Assembly (NCBI GenBank): GCA_035404085.1
Contig: DAONGL010000003.1
Location: 22,441 to 83,351, forward strand
Origin: Methanomassiliicoccales archaeon
GTDB lineage: Archaea; Thermoplasmatota; Thermoplasmata; Methanomassiliicoccales; UBA472
Length of the DNA stretch: 60,911 nt
Reading direction: 5' to 3'
Of this stretch, positions 41,975 to 50,555 are shown piece by piece. The translations under genes were made by a program, and so were the position numbers. Below the pieces are notes generated by a model. It searched no databases. It saw only the letters and a program-made list of their open reading frames with translations, and was not told the DNA's origin. The stretch's first letter is position 1. Each line of letters begins with the position of its first letter.

Positions 41975-43918
41975 TTAATGATGACCTTGCCGCGGCTCGC
42001 CAGTCGCCCGGGCGGTGACCTCGATCCAGTTCAGGTGGTCCATACCCTTCTGGTCCTTGAAGTGGACCTCGCGAACGTCCGAGCGTACGGTTATGTCGAT
42101 GGCGCCTGCCCGGTCGGCCTTCCCCCGGACATGCTCCTCCGCCAGCTCCCTGGCCCTTCTTATCGTGTCCTCGGCCCTCCGGAAGTCCTGGGAGTCTCCC
42201 CATGGCGTGACCAGCTGGAACTGGCCGTCGCTCAGGGGCTGGATGCGTAACGTGAGCGTTTCCGATATTCGCGAGCACACCGCGCCCACGGCATTGCCGA
42301 CCGGCCCTCCCTCGGGAATGACCACCTCCGCGCCGAGAAGATCGCGCAGGGAGGGCATCAGCAATCGTGACGGTCCTCCGATACCCACGATCGGGCGGTC
42401 CAGTCGAATGCCGATGTGGAACGAACTGGAAGAACGTTCGCCGGCCATTAGCTGCAACAGTCGGTCTACCGTGGCGTCCTTCGGCAGGTCCCCGATCTCC
42501 TCGGCCACCACCTTGCGTACGATCTCCTCCGCAAGTCTTCCGACCATGCGATGCATGACCCGGGCGCAGTAGGCCTCCACGCTCATTCGCGTCCCTTCCA
42601 GATAGTGCTCTACACCCGCGCGGGACGAGGCCTCGTCGCCTATCACGTACAATCCTTCCAGGTTGAAAATGTCGGTAGGCGTCAGCCCGGTCCTCAGCAG
42701 ATGCCCGGAGTGCACCAGCTCTCTGGCCATCTCCCTGACCAGGTAAAGGTCCGGGAGAGCGGAGCGCAGCTCCTCCTCGTCGCATAGTCCCAGTTCCTCC
42801 ACCCTGTGATACACCTGGAGCTTGCTGCCCGACAGCCGCTCTGGGCCTCGGGCGGTGACGTAAAAATCAGTTCTTCGCCGCTCCATGATCATGCGCGGCA
42901 GATCCTTCGTGCGCTCACCAGCGAATGCCAACGGAAGCACCCTGGTCGGCCCTATCCTGAGATCTCCGTGCATGTCCGAACCGATCTCCGAATCTCCGCC
43001 CAGACCCACCGTGGTGGCGTCTATGGAACGAACGCGTGTTCGCCATCCGGCCAGCTGGGCTCCCTCGCGACCGATGCGCGGGAAACCGTTGTCGATATAG
43101 GCGATATCGGTGGACGTTCCGCCCATGTCTACCACCAGGCAGTTGTCCAGTCCGGAGAGACGGGAACCTCCGAGAAGGGAGGCGGCCGGCCCGGAAAGGA
43201 TGGTCTCTACCGGTCTTTCCCTGGCCAACTTCACCGGCATCACGTTGCCATCCCCTTTCAGCACCACGATGTTCGCCGCGATGCGCAGGACCTTCATCGA
43301 AGACTCGATGCGGTCCAGGAAGTCGGAGATCACCGGTAGCAGTCGAGCGTTCAGCACTGCGGTGACGCTTCTCTCCACCACTCCCAATTCCCCGCTGAGC
43401 TCGTAGGCCGCCACCACCGGCCGCCCCGTCACCTCCCGGATGAGCTGGCGGGCCCGGTCCTCGTGACTGGGCTGGTACACGCTGAACATCGAGGAAACTA
43501 CGAAAGCGTCCACCTCCTCGGCCATGGACATGGCGATCTCGCGCAGCTTTTTCAGGTCCAGCGAGTCCATCTCCCGGCCCTTGCTGTCATGACCGCCCTT
43601 GATGAAGGCGCAATTCTCCGCCCCCAGGGAGTTCCCGTCCTCGATGTCCCAGCCGATGCCGATGAGGCCGACCCTTCCTCCTCTGGATTCCAGGACCGAG
43701 TTGGTGGCCAGGGTGGTAGACAGTCCGACCAGTTTGATCTGGGTGGGATCGAATCGTTCCTTCCTGAGAAGGGACCTCACGGAACTCTCTATCCCGACCG
43801 TCAGGTCCTGGGGGGTGGTGGGGCTCTTGCTCCAGGCGAGGAGCCTTTTGGTGCTGAGGTCGACCATCGCCGCGTCGGTGTACGTTCCTCCGGTGTCGAT
43901 CCCCAAACCCAGCTCCAT
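41975..43918 (-). CDS. hydantoinase/oxoprolinase (HyuA-like) family protein
   Basis: The start is trimmed to ATG 43918 (MELGLGIDTGGTYTDAAMV). ...VVDMGGTSTDIAYI... is an ASKHA-fold ATPase motif. About 647 aa. Confidence 0.8.
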   Translation of the reverse strand: MELGLGIDTGGTYTDAAMVDLSTKRLLAWSKSPTTPQDLTVGIESSVRSLLRKERFDPTQIKLVGLSTTLATNSVLESRGGRVGLIGIGWDIEDGNSLGAENCAFIKGGHDSKGREMDSLDLKKLREIAMSMAEEVDAFVVSSMFSVYQPSHEDRARQLIREVTGRPVVAAYELSGELGVVERSVTAVLNARLLPVISDFLDRIESSMKVLRIAANIVVLKGDGNVMPVKLARERPVETILSGPAASLLGGSRLSGLDNCLVVDMGGTSTDIAYIDNGFPRIGREGAQLAGWRTRVRSIDATTVGLGGDSEIGSDMHGDLRIGPTRVLPLAFAGERTKDLPRMIMERRRTDFYVTARGPERLSGSKLQVYHRVEELGLCDEEELRSALPDLYLVREMARELVHSGHLLRTGLTPTDIFNLEGLYVIGDEASSRAGVEHYLEGTRMSVEAYCARVMHRMVGRLAEEIVRKVVAEEIGDLPKDATVDRLLQLMAGERSSSSFHIGIRLDRPIVGIGGPSRLLMPSLRDLLGAEVVIPEGGPVGNAVGAVCSRISETLTLRIQPLSDGQFQLVTPWGDSQDFRRAEDTIRRARELAEEHVRGKADRAGAIDITVRSDVREVHFKDQKGMDHLNWIEVTARATGEPRQGHH

Positions 43919-43967
43919 GGTCCTCCGAAAGATGTCAGCGTTCCTATAACTATTCGATATCTCCGCT

Positions 43968-43984
43968 AGGATTTTATAAATCCT
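43968..43984. promoter_or_regulatory. palindromic TATA-containing element between divergent operons
   Basis: AGGATTT-TAT-AAATCCT has 7-bp arms. It lies about 35-50 nt from both divergent start codons (43918 on the minus strand, 44018 on the plus strand). Confidence 0.35.
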
Positions 43985-44017
43985 GCTACCGCTCTTTTCG
44001 TTCCAGCAGGTGTTCAC

Positions 44018-45469
44018 ATGAGCGGAGGGCACGTTCAAGGCGACAAGGGCACGGGATTCCCCGACAAGCTGAGCGCGCTCATGGGCGAGCTGCGTGAGCA
44101 GTTCGTGGAAAGGGAGGAGGAGATCGCCGGAGCGCTACTGGCCATGCTGTCCGGGGAGCATGTTCTGTTCATCGGCCCGCCGGGAACCGCCAAGAGCCAG
44201 ATGGCCAAGGTGATGTGCGAGAGGTTGCGCGGCGGTTCTTTCTACTATTACTTGCTGACCCGATTCACATCTCCCGAGGAAGTGTTCGGCCCGCTATCGC
44301 TCAGTTCCCTGCAGAACGACGAGTTCCGCCGCCGCACCGAAGGTTACCTCCCGCAGGCCAACATAGCGTTCCTGGACGAGATATTCAAGGCCAACTCGTC
44401 GATATTGAACAGTCTGCTTACGATCCTGAACGAGCGGAAGTACCACAATGGCAACGAGGTGGTGGACGTTCCGATACTCTCCGTCTATGGCGCTTCGAAC
44501 GAGCTTCCGAACGAGGAGGAGGGGCTGGCGGCGCTCTATGACCGTTTTCTGTACCGTTTCTTCATCACCAACGTCCAGGACGAGGGAAACTTCCTGAAGG
44601 TGCTAACGTCCAGCAACGGAAAGGCGGCCACGACTACCGTCGGGCTGGAGGACATCGAACGCATCAAGGACGACGCTCGATCGGTGAAGGTCGATGAGGA
44701 GGTGCTGCAGGCCTATCTGAGCCTGCGCAAGCACTTCCGGTCCCAGAGCGTGTACATATCCGACCGTCGCTGGAACAAGACCTTGCTGGTGCTGCGCACC
44801 GCGGCCGCGGCCATGGGCCGGGGAAACGTCGACCTGACGTTCTTGCCGCTCCTGCAGCACATGTTGTGGGACCGTCCGGAGCAGAAAGAGGGATTGAGAT
44901 CATTGCTGATCGATCTGACCAGCAGCGGAGGGGTGGACCTCCGCCGTCTGCAGTCCAGCAGCGAGGAGCTGCTTTCGTTATTGGCTAAGGCGAAGCAGCA
45001 CTCCGCCTCCGACGTGCAGTTCCCGAGGCCGGTGTGCTGCTACGACTGCGGCTCGACGTTCATGAGCGCCAAGGAGCTTTGCCGGCACGGCGAGTCCTTC
45101 CCTAAGCATCTGTACATGGACCCCTACGCCAGGGAGGCCCAGGGCGTGAACCCCTCCTACCGCAAGTTCGAGCTGCCGGAGCTGATGCACGTGCTGGAGA
45201 ACGTGCGCGGCTGGAAGGTCACCTGCCTGCGCGGGGGCGCCGAACAAAGGCTTTACGCCAGGGAGCTGCAGGACCTGCGTTCCGTCTACGATAAGGTGAG
45301 AGGGGCGCACGAGATGGAAAGGGGCGAGCTGCGCAAGCGTCTCGACGGGAACATCTGGCTGAGCAAGAGGGACCGCCATGACATCCTTTCCAGGCAGGAC
45401 CGCCGCCTGGAGTCGATGGCCGAGATCGAGCGCTCCCTAAAGGAAGTGGAAGCGGAGCTCAAGGAGTGA
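44018..45469 (+). CDS. RavA/MoxR-like AAA+ ATPase with a C-terminal C2H2-type Zn finger and coiled coil
   Basis: GEHVLFIGPPGTAKSQ (Walker A), LLTRFTSPEEVFGPLS, IAFLDEIFKANSSILNSLLTILNER (Walker B) and ALYDRFLYRF align block for block with E. coli RavA as I remember it. CYDCGSTFMSAKELCRHGESFPKH lies at 45038..45109. Confidence 0.8.
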   Translation: MSGGHVQGDKGTGFPDKLSALMGELREQFVEREEEIAGALLAMLSGEHVLFIGPPGTAKSQMAKVMCERLRGGSFYYYLLTRFTSPEEVFGPLSLSSLQNDEFRRRTEGYLPQANIAFLDEIFKANSSILNSLLTILNERKYHNGNEVVDVPILSVYGASNELPNEEEGLAALYDRFLYRFFITNVQDEGNFLKVLTSSNGKAATTTVGLEDIERIKDDARSVKVDEEVLQAYLSLRKHFRSQSVYISDRRWNKTLLVLRTAAAAMGRGNVDLTFLPLLQHMLWDRPEQKEGLRSLLIDLTSSGGVDLRRLQSSSEELLSLLAKAKQHSASDVQFPRPVCCYDCGSTFMSAKELCRHGESFPKHLYMDPYAREAQGVNPSYRKFELPELMHVLENVRGWKVTCLRGGAEQRLYARELQDLRSVYDKVRGAHEMERGELRKRLDGNIWLSKRDRHDILSRQDRRLESMAEIERSLKEVEAELKE

Positions 45470-45479
45470 TCCCCAACCG

Positions 45480-46907
45480 ATGAAAGGCCTTATCCGTGAA
45501 CTTCTGGAGAGGTCGGAGGTCCAGGAGATACTTATGGCTCCGAGCTCGATTCCTCTGGACCACAGGGATATGGCCGCGGCGCTGATGGCTTCCGATCTCT
45601 TGGGCGATATCCGGAGCGTGGAACCCATCGATGTCACCACCATGGTCATCCATTCCCTTTTCGAAAGCAAGGCCTGGGCGGACGCTAGGAAGTTGGCCAA
45701 GGGCCAGCCGGACCTGGTGCCGGAACTGCTGGTGCTGGCGCTCCCTAAGGTGATCGAAGCCATGGCCAATGGCGTGGGGGGATTGGATTGGAGCGAGCTT
45801 TCTGAGGAGGAGCGGCGCAGCACCGAGGACCTTCTGGAAGCGCTATTGGATGCCGAAGGACGAGGCGGTGAGGAGGTCGAGCTGGACGAGCGGCAGAGGG
45901 AAGCGCTGAAGCTGGTGCTCAGAATGCTGGTGAGGTCCCTGGACCGCAGCATAGCGCCGCTCATCGACAGGCTGCAGAAGGATTCCGAGGTGCTATTGCG
46001 CCTGGAGGAGCTGCTTCCCGGCCAGGGCTGGGACCTGCACCGGGTAGGATTGCACCGGGCCAAGCTCGGAAACCTGGAACGGTACGCCTCCATGCTTCGA
46101 AAGCACAGGGACGTGGATCGCCTGAAGGAGCTGCTGGGGAGGATGGAAGGAGATAAGGACCGGAGGGCGTCATCCGATTCCTGTTCGTTAACGGAAACCC
46201 ACTCCCTGATCTTCTCCGGCGATGTGCAGCGCATGCTGCCCCAGGAGATGGTCAACCTGGCCGACGAACGATTGAAGCTGCTCTTCTATGCCCGGATGTG
46301 CGAGCGGCGCTTGCTAACGTACCAATTGAGAGGGAAGGAGTTCCGGGACGGGGAGAGGAAGCGGGGCGGTCCAGTGGTGGCGCTGCTCGATTCGTCCGGC
46401 TCCATGAGCGGCGAGCCGGAGATGGCCGCGAAAGCGCTGTTGCTGGCATTGGCCAGGCGTCTATCGGAGGAACGGCGTCCGCTACGCGCTTTGATGTTCT
46501 CGGTGGATGTGGAGGCTTACGATCTGTATGATCATAGCGGACGGTCCCAGTTCCTGGAGTTCCTGTGCCAGACCTTCGGCGGGGGCACTGATTTCGATGC
46601 CGCGTTGCGTCAGGGCATAAAGAGCCTGAGCGAACCGGAATGGCAGGGGGCGGACATCCTCTTCATAACGGACGGTCTGGCGCGCATAAAGGACCGGGGC
46701 TGCCTGCACGACTGGAACCGCCTGAAGGAAAGACAGGGATGCCGCATCTTCACCGTGCTGGTCGGGGGGACGGAACCCGGAGGTCTGCAGAGGATATCCG
46801 ACCAGGTGTTCCTCATGACCAGGCAGGGCGAGTGGTCCGGCGGTTCGCTATTGCAGGAATTTACTCCTCAACCGCGCTCGATCGGCTCCTGCTGGGTCAC
46901 GCAGTGA
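45480..46907 (+). CDS. VWA domain protein (ViaA/CoxE-like partner of the AAA+ ATPase)
   Basis: The C-terminal VWA domain has the MIDAS motif VVALLDSSGSMSG, then FGGGTDFDAAL and ILFITDG. It starts 11 nt after the ATPase gene. Its 3' end overlaps convergent aguA by 40 nt. Confidence 0.75.
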   Translation: MKGLIRELLERSEVQEILMAPSSIPLDHRDMAAALMASDLLGDIRSVEPIDVTTMVIHSLFESKAWADARKLAKGQPDLVPELLVLALPKVIEAMANGVGGLDWSELSEEERRSTEDLLEALLDAEGRGGEEVELDERQREALKLVLRMLVRSLDRSIAPLIDRLQKDSEVLLRLEELLPGQGWDLHRVGLHRAKLGNLERYASMLRKHRDVDRLKELLGRMEGDKDRRASSDSCSLTETHSLIFSGDVQRMLPQEMVNLADERLKLLFYARMCERRLLTYQLRGKEFRDGERKRGGPVVALLDSSGSMSGEPEMAAKALLLALARRLSEERRPLRALMFSVDVEAYDLYDHSGRSQFLEFLCQTFGGGTDFDAALRQGIKSLSEPEWQGADILFITDGLARIKDRGCLHDWNRLKERQGCRIFTVLVGGTEPGGLQRISDQVFLMTRQGEWSGGSLLQEFTPQPRSIGSCWVTQ

Positions 46908-47926
46908 ATGCCCCCGTAGCCGTAGACCAGCTCCCGGGCGACGATGGGAACGATCTCCCGGCCCGGGAAGTGGGAGGACATTATTTCCACAGCCACCTTG
47001 TCCATGGGGTCCTCGAACACCGGCAACAGCACCACCTTGTTGCCGATGTAGAAGTTGGCGTAGCTGGCCGGGAGGTTGCGGTCCTCTTCCTCCAGATACA
47101 GAGGCTCAGGCATCGGGAGGCGCTGCAGTTCCAGTCCGAAGCGGTCCTGGGCCTTCTCTAGCAAGGACCAGTTCCTCTCCAGCACCGGGGCGTTCTCACC
47201 TCTATCGGAGAAGGCGCAGAGCACAGAGGTCGTGGACGAGAAACGTGCGAAGTCGTCTATGTGCCCGTCGGTGTCGTCCCCCTCTATCCCGGACGCCAGC
47301 CAGATCACGTCAGGCGTGGCGATGTACTGCTTAAGGTAATCCTCGATCCGAAGGCGGTCCAAGTTCGGGTTCCGGTTCTTGTTCAAGAGGCACTGCTCGG
47401 TCGTAAGCACCAGACCTTTTCCATTCACGTCTATGGAACCGCCTTCCATGACGATCCCAGGCTTGAAGTAGGGAACGCCCGAGCTCTCCACCACATGCTG
47501 TCCGGCGATATCGTCATACAGCAGGTCATCGTACTTGGCGCCCCAAGCGTTGAAGTCCCATTTCACCGCCGCCTTCTTGCCGGTGTCCTTATGCAATAGG
47601 AAAGAGGGGCCGTAATCTCTGATCCAGACGTCCGCGCTCTTTATTCGTTCGAAACGGACGCGGGACATGTCCGCTCCGGCCTTGGACACCTTGGCGTAGG
47701 CCCTTTCCTCCAGGGCGTCATCGTCCACCAGTATCTTCACCAGCTCTCCCGAGCTCAACGCGGCGGTCATTTGCGCGAAGACGCCTTCCACCTCATCTAT
47801 CACTTCCTCGGGGAAGGTCAACGGGTTCTTAGGCCAGGAGAGCCACGTTGCGTCATGCTTAGCCCATTCCGCAGGCATGCGATATCCTTTGGACAACGGT
47901 GTTCCTTTCTGCAGAGCCATTCTCAT
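46868..47926 (-). CDS. aguA: agmatine deiminase
   Basis: The start is trimmed to the ATG that forms an ATGA overlap with the aguB stop. GYRMPAEWAKHDATWLSWP, VWIRDYGPSF and the C-terminal YGGIHCVTQQEP are present. Confidence 0.9.
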   Translation of the reverse strand: MRMALQKGTPLSKGYRMPAEWAKHDATWLSWPKNPLTFPEEVIDEVEGVFAQMTAALSSGELVKILVDDDALEERAYAKVSKAGADMSRVRFERIKSADVWIRDYGPSFLLHKDTGKKAAVKWDFNAWGAKYDDLLYDDIAGQHVVESSGVPYFKPGIVMEGGSIDVNGKGLVLTTEQCLLNKNRNPNLDRLRIEDYLKQYIATPDVIWLASGIEGDDTDGHIDDFARFSSTTSVLCAFSDRGENAPVLERNWSLLEKAQDRFGLELQRLPMPEPLYLEEEDRNLPASYANFYIGNKVVLLPVFEDPMDKVAVEIMSSHFPGREIVPIVARELVYGYGGIHCVTQQEPIERG

Positions 47927-48801
47927 TCCTCTCTTTTCTCGACGAGCGCCCCGTAGCACTCCGGGCGGCGGTTATGGAAGAACCTCCAGCCCTCTCTGAC
48001 GCGTTTGCCGTGGTCCATGTCCACCTCAGCCACAAGTACCTCCTCTCCCTTCCCCGCTCGAGCCAAGGTCTTGCCGAAGGCGTCGCAGACGAAGGAGCCG
48101 CCGTAGAACTCGCTATCTCCCTCGGTGCCTACACGGTTCACCGCGCATACCGGAACGGCGTTCGCTATGGCGTGCCCGCGCATAACGTTCTCCCAGGCCT
48201 CCTGCCAATCGCCTTCCGCTTCCCCGATGCCCCGGACCGTGCCGATGGCCGTCGGGTAAAATATGATCTCCGCTCCCAGAAGCGCGCAGCATCGAGCCGC
48301 TTCCGGGAACCACTGGTCGTAACATATCAGGGCGGAGACCTTACCGCAGGAGGTCGGGAACGCCTGGAAACCGGTATCGCCAGGCTTGAAGTAATCCTGC
48401 TCGTAAAAGCACTCATCATGCGGTATGTGGGTCTTGCGATATCCCCCTAGCATCTTGCCGTCCTTCTCGAACAGGGTGGCGGTGTTGAACAGCCCGTCCT
48501 CCGCCGCCTCGTAGATCGAACCGCCGATCACCACCGTAGCGGTCCGTTTAGCCAGGTCCGACAGGGTCTCCGTGACCAGACCGGGGATGGTGCTCAGGAA
48601 TCCTCCCCGTTCCCTCTTTCCTTCGGGGTCCTCCTCTCTCGGGAAGTAGGGGGTGGTGAACAGCTCAGGGAGGCAGATGATGTTCGCTCCTCGCGATGCC
48701 GCTTCCTCGGACATGCGGACGGCCTTCTCCAGGTTGTCCGTGACATCGGAAGACATGGCCATCTGCACCAGTCCGACCTTGAGCATGCGTTCTCCGGGCA
48801 T
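47923..48801 (-). CDS. aguB: N-carbamoylputrescine amidase (carbon-nitrogen hydrolase)
   Basis: ICLPELF, YRKTHIP and ALICYDQWFPEAAR (catalytic Cys block) are present. 292 aa. Confidence 0.85.
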   Translation of the reverse strand: MPGERMLKVGLVQMAMSSDVTDNLEKAVRMSEEAASRGANIICLPELFTTPYFPREEDPEGKRERGGFLSTIPGLVTETLSDLAKRTATVVIGGSIYEAAEDGLFNTATLFEKDGKMLGGYRKTHIPHDECFYEQDYFKPGDTGFQAFPTSCGKVSALICYDQWFPEAARCCALLGAEIIFYPTAIGTVRGIGEAEGDWQEAWENVMRGHAIANAVPVCAVNRVGTEGDSEFYGGSFVCDAFGKTLARAGKGEEVLVAEVDMDHGKRVREGWRFFHNRRPECYGALVEKREE

Positions 48802-48840
48802 GTTCAGCCGATTAGGGCCGCGATGATATAACCGTTACTC

Positions 48841-49389
48841 TTAGAGCGGATGCAACCGACGTATGCGCTCCAGGGACCATTCCGCCCCCTTACGTAAAAA
48901 TTCGCTATTTTCAAGGAGCATGGCCTCCAGAAGCGGGACGGAGGAGGGTGAGGTCACCCGCATCTTGTCGGCCATCCGGCCCAAGGCCCAGGCCGCCATG
49001 CCCTTCACCTCCCGGTCTGGGTCGGTAAGGAGGATGTTAAGGGCCTCTATGGATATCGTATCGCCTATGCTCTGCCCGGCCAGCTCACCGAGGGCCCAGG
49101 CCGCGTTGGACCGCACCTCTTCGTCACGATCAGTGGTGAGCAGGATCAGGCTTGGCACCGAGCGGGGATCGCCGATCTTCATCTGAGCTAGCTTCCCGAT
49201 GCACCAGGACGAATCCTTTCGCACCTGGTCGTTCTCCACTTCGGTCAGTGGGATCAATGCTTGGAGCAGGCGTCGATCGGCCCAGCCGGCCATCAGGAGC
49301 TCACGGCTGTCCTCCAACGCCGCTCGGCATTCCTCGACGTTAAGGGACCGCAGTCCCCTGAGGATCCCATCCAGCTCGATGTCCACCAC
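48841..49389 (-). CDS. HEAT-repeat protein
   Basis: Repeated D.D..VR..AAWALG units occur (DRDEEVRSNAAWALGELAG, DPDREVKGMAAWALGRMAD). Confidence 0.75.
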   Translation of the reverse strand: MVDIELDGILRGLRSLNVEECRAALEDSRELLMAGWADRRLLQALIPLTEVENDQVRKDSSWCIGKLAQMKIGDPRSVPSLILLTTDRDEEVRSNAAWALGELAGQSIGDTISIEALNILLTDPDREVKGMAAWALGRMADKMRVTSPSSVPLLEAMLLENSEFLRKGAEWSLERIRRLHPL

Positions 49390-49413
49390 TTTTCTTCAGC
49401 TCCTGAGGGCAGA

Positions 49414-49599
49414 TCAGCACTTCGGGACCGGTTTCAGCTTGTAGAACTCGCAGGTGCGGTAATCTTCCTGGCCCCGGCATTCGCCGTAAATGTCCTTCAT
49501 GCCCAGAGCGTCAAGGCGATAGCGTCTCGCCTTGCAGTTGGCGCATCTGTTGTCCGGCGCGTGCCACAGGCACGGTCCTTTCTCGGTCTCTTCCGCCAT
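49414..49599 (-). CDS. small Cys-rich protein, function unknown
   Basis: 61 aa with 6 Cys (C10, C19, C22, C41, C50, C61). A TATA-like cgtaaatatacg lies about 30 nt upstream. It sits 25 nt upstream of the HEAT gene on the same strand. Confidence 0.45.
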   Translation of the reverse strand: MAEETEKGPCLWHAPDNRCANCKARRYRLDALGMKDIYGECRGQEDYRTCEFYKLKPVPKC

Positions 49600-49748
49600 G
49601 TTACCTAGTCATAATATTCGTTCGTATATTTACGATGTATCTGTTCTGAAAAATTTCAAAACAGGGCGACAGTTCGTTCGGTCAAGGACGCTGCGCACAA
49701 GATCGCCTTGAATTTCATCAGAAGAAGTCGCGTCACCAGAACATTGGG

Positions 49749-49821
49749 ATGGGCCCAGCCGGATTCGAACCGGCGACCTACTCCGTGTAAGGGAGTCGTC
49801 ATAACCGCTAGACCATGGGCC
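49749..49821 (-). tRNA. tRNA-Val (anticodon UAC)
   Basis: The reverse complement is GGGCCCA-TG-GTCT-AGCGGTTA-TGAC-G-ACTCC-CTTACAC-GGAGT-AGGTC-GCCGG-TTCGAAT-CCGGC-TGGGCCC-A. Confidence 0.9.
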
Positions 49822-50002
49822 CTTCGGCTTCGGTCATTGTTCAGGGATTATAAAAAGGAAAAGGAAAAAATGGTCTGGAAGGGTGCGGCGGGTTTTTTTC
49901 TCCCGAAAAGGATTTAGTAAGCCTCCATTATTAAAGAGGACGTTAAACGGTGATGGTCACTTGGCCAAAAATGATGGTAAAGGTTCCTGGTTCAAAGAGG
50001 CC

Positions 50003-50554
50003 ATGAGCCTGCCGGAAACAGGTCCGGCGTTGCGCAGATATTTCGTGAACACCATGTTCGACAGCACGTTCGCCGTGCTGGGCATCATCATAGGTTCAGC
50101 CCTGACCGCCGACGCGGATTCAGGGCTGGTCATCGCCACCATCATCACCAGCTGCGTCGCTTTGGCCATATCCACCGGCAGCAGCGTCTACGAAGGGGAG
50201 ACGCTGGAGCAGTCTCGGCGTATGGACGAGATCGGCCGGGCCATGCTGCGCCCGGTGGAAGAGACGAACTTGGGTAAGGCGTCCAAGGCCAGCGCGGCCA
50301 TCATCGCCCTCTCGAACTCCCTGGCGCCCCTGATGAGCGGAGCGATAATAGTCTCTCCTTTCGTGCTCCTGGGCGATGAGACCATCCTGGTCGCGGCGGA
50401 GGTGGCCATCGTTCTGGCGATCATCCTGTTGTTCATAACTGGCTTCATCATGGGCAAGATCAGCGAGCGCAACCCCTGGTTGAAAGGGATGAGGATGGCC
50501 CTGGTCGGGGTGGCCGCCTTCTTCGTCTGCTACATGATCGGCGGCGCGGTGTGA
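50003..50554 (+). CDS. VIT1/CCC1-family (iron/manganese transporter-like) membrane protein
   Basis: The TM-rich sequence has a central EGETLEQSRRMDE loop and a C-terminal GMRMALVGVAAFFVCYMIGG block. The start is uncertain: ATG 50003 is chosen, and the track starts at GTG 49883. Confidence 0.6.
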   Translation: MSLPETGPALRRYFVNTMFDSTFAVLGIIIGSALTADADSGLVIATIITSCVALAISTGSSVYEGETLEQSRRMDEIGRAMLRPVEETNLGKASKASAAIIALSNSLAPLMSGAIIVSPFVLLGDETILVAAEVAIVLAIILLFITGFIMGKISERNPWLKGMRMALVGVAAFFVCYMIGGAV

Positions 50555-50555
50555 A

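Noticed and set aside
41601-42785. 394-aa Arg/Gly-rich ORF on the same strand as the hydantoinase-like gene
   Set aside because: It lies in a different frame of a gene with clear ASKHA motifs. It is extremely rich in R/G/P with no domain signature, so it is spurious.
49883-50002. Upstream GTG start giving a 223-aa VIT-family protein
   Set aside because: The extra 40 aa (MRRVFFSRKGFSKPPLLKRTLNGDGHLAKNDGKGSWFKEA) are basic and low in complexity, and they begin almost on top of a TATA-like ttataaaaagg. ATG 50003 is preferred, but the start remains uncertain.
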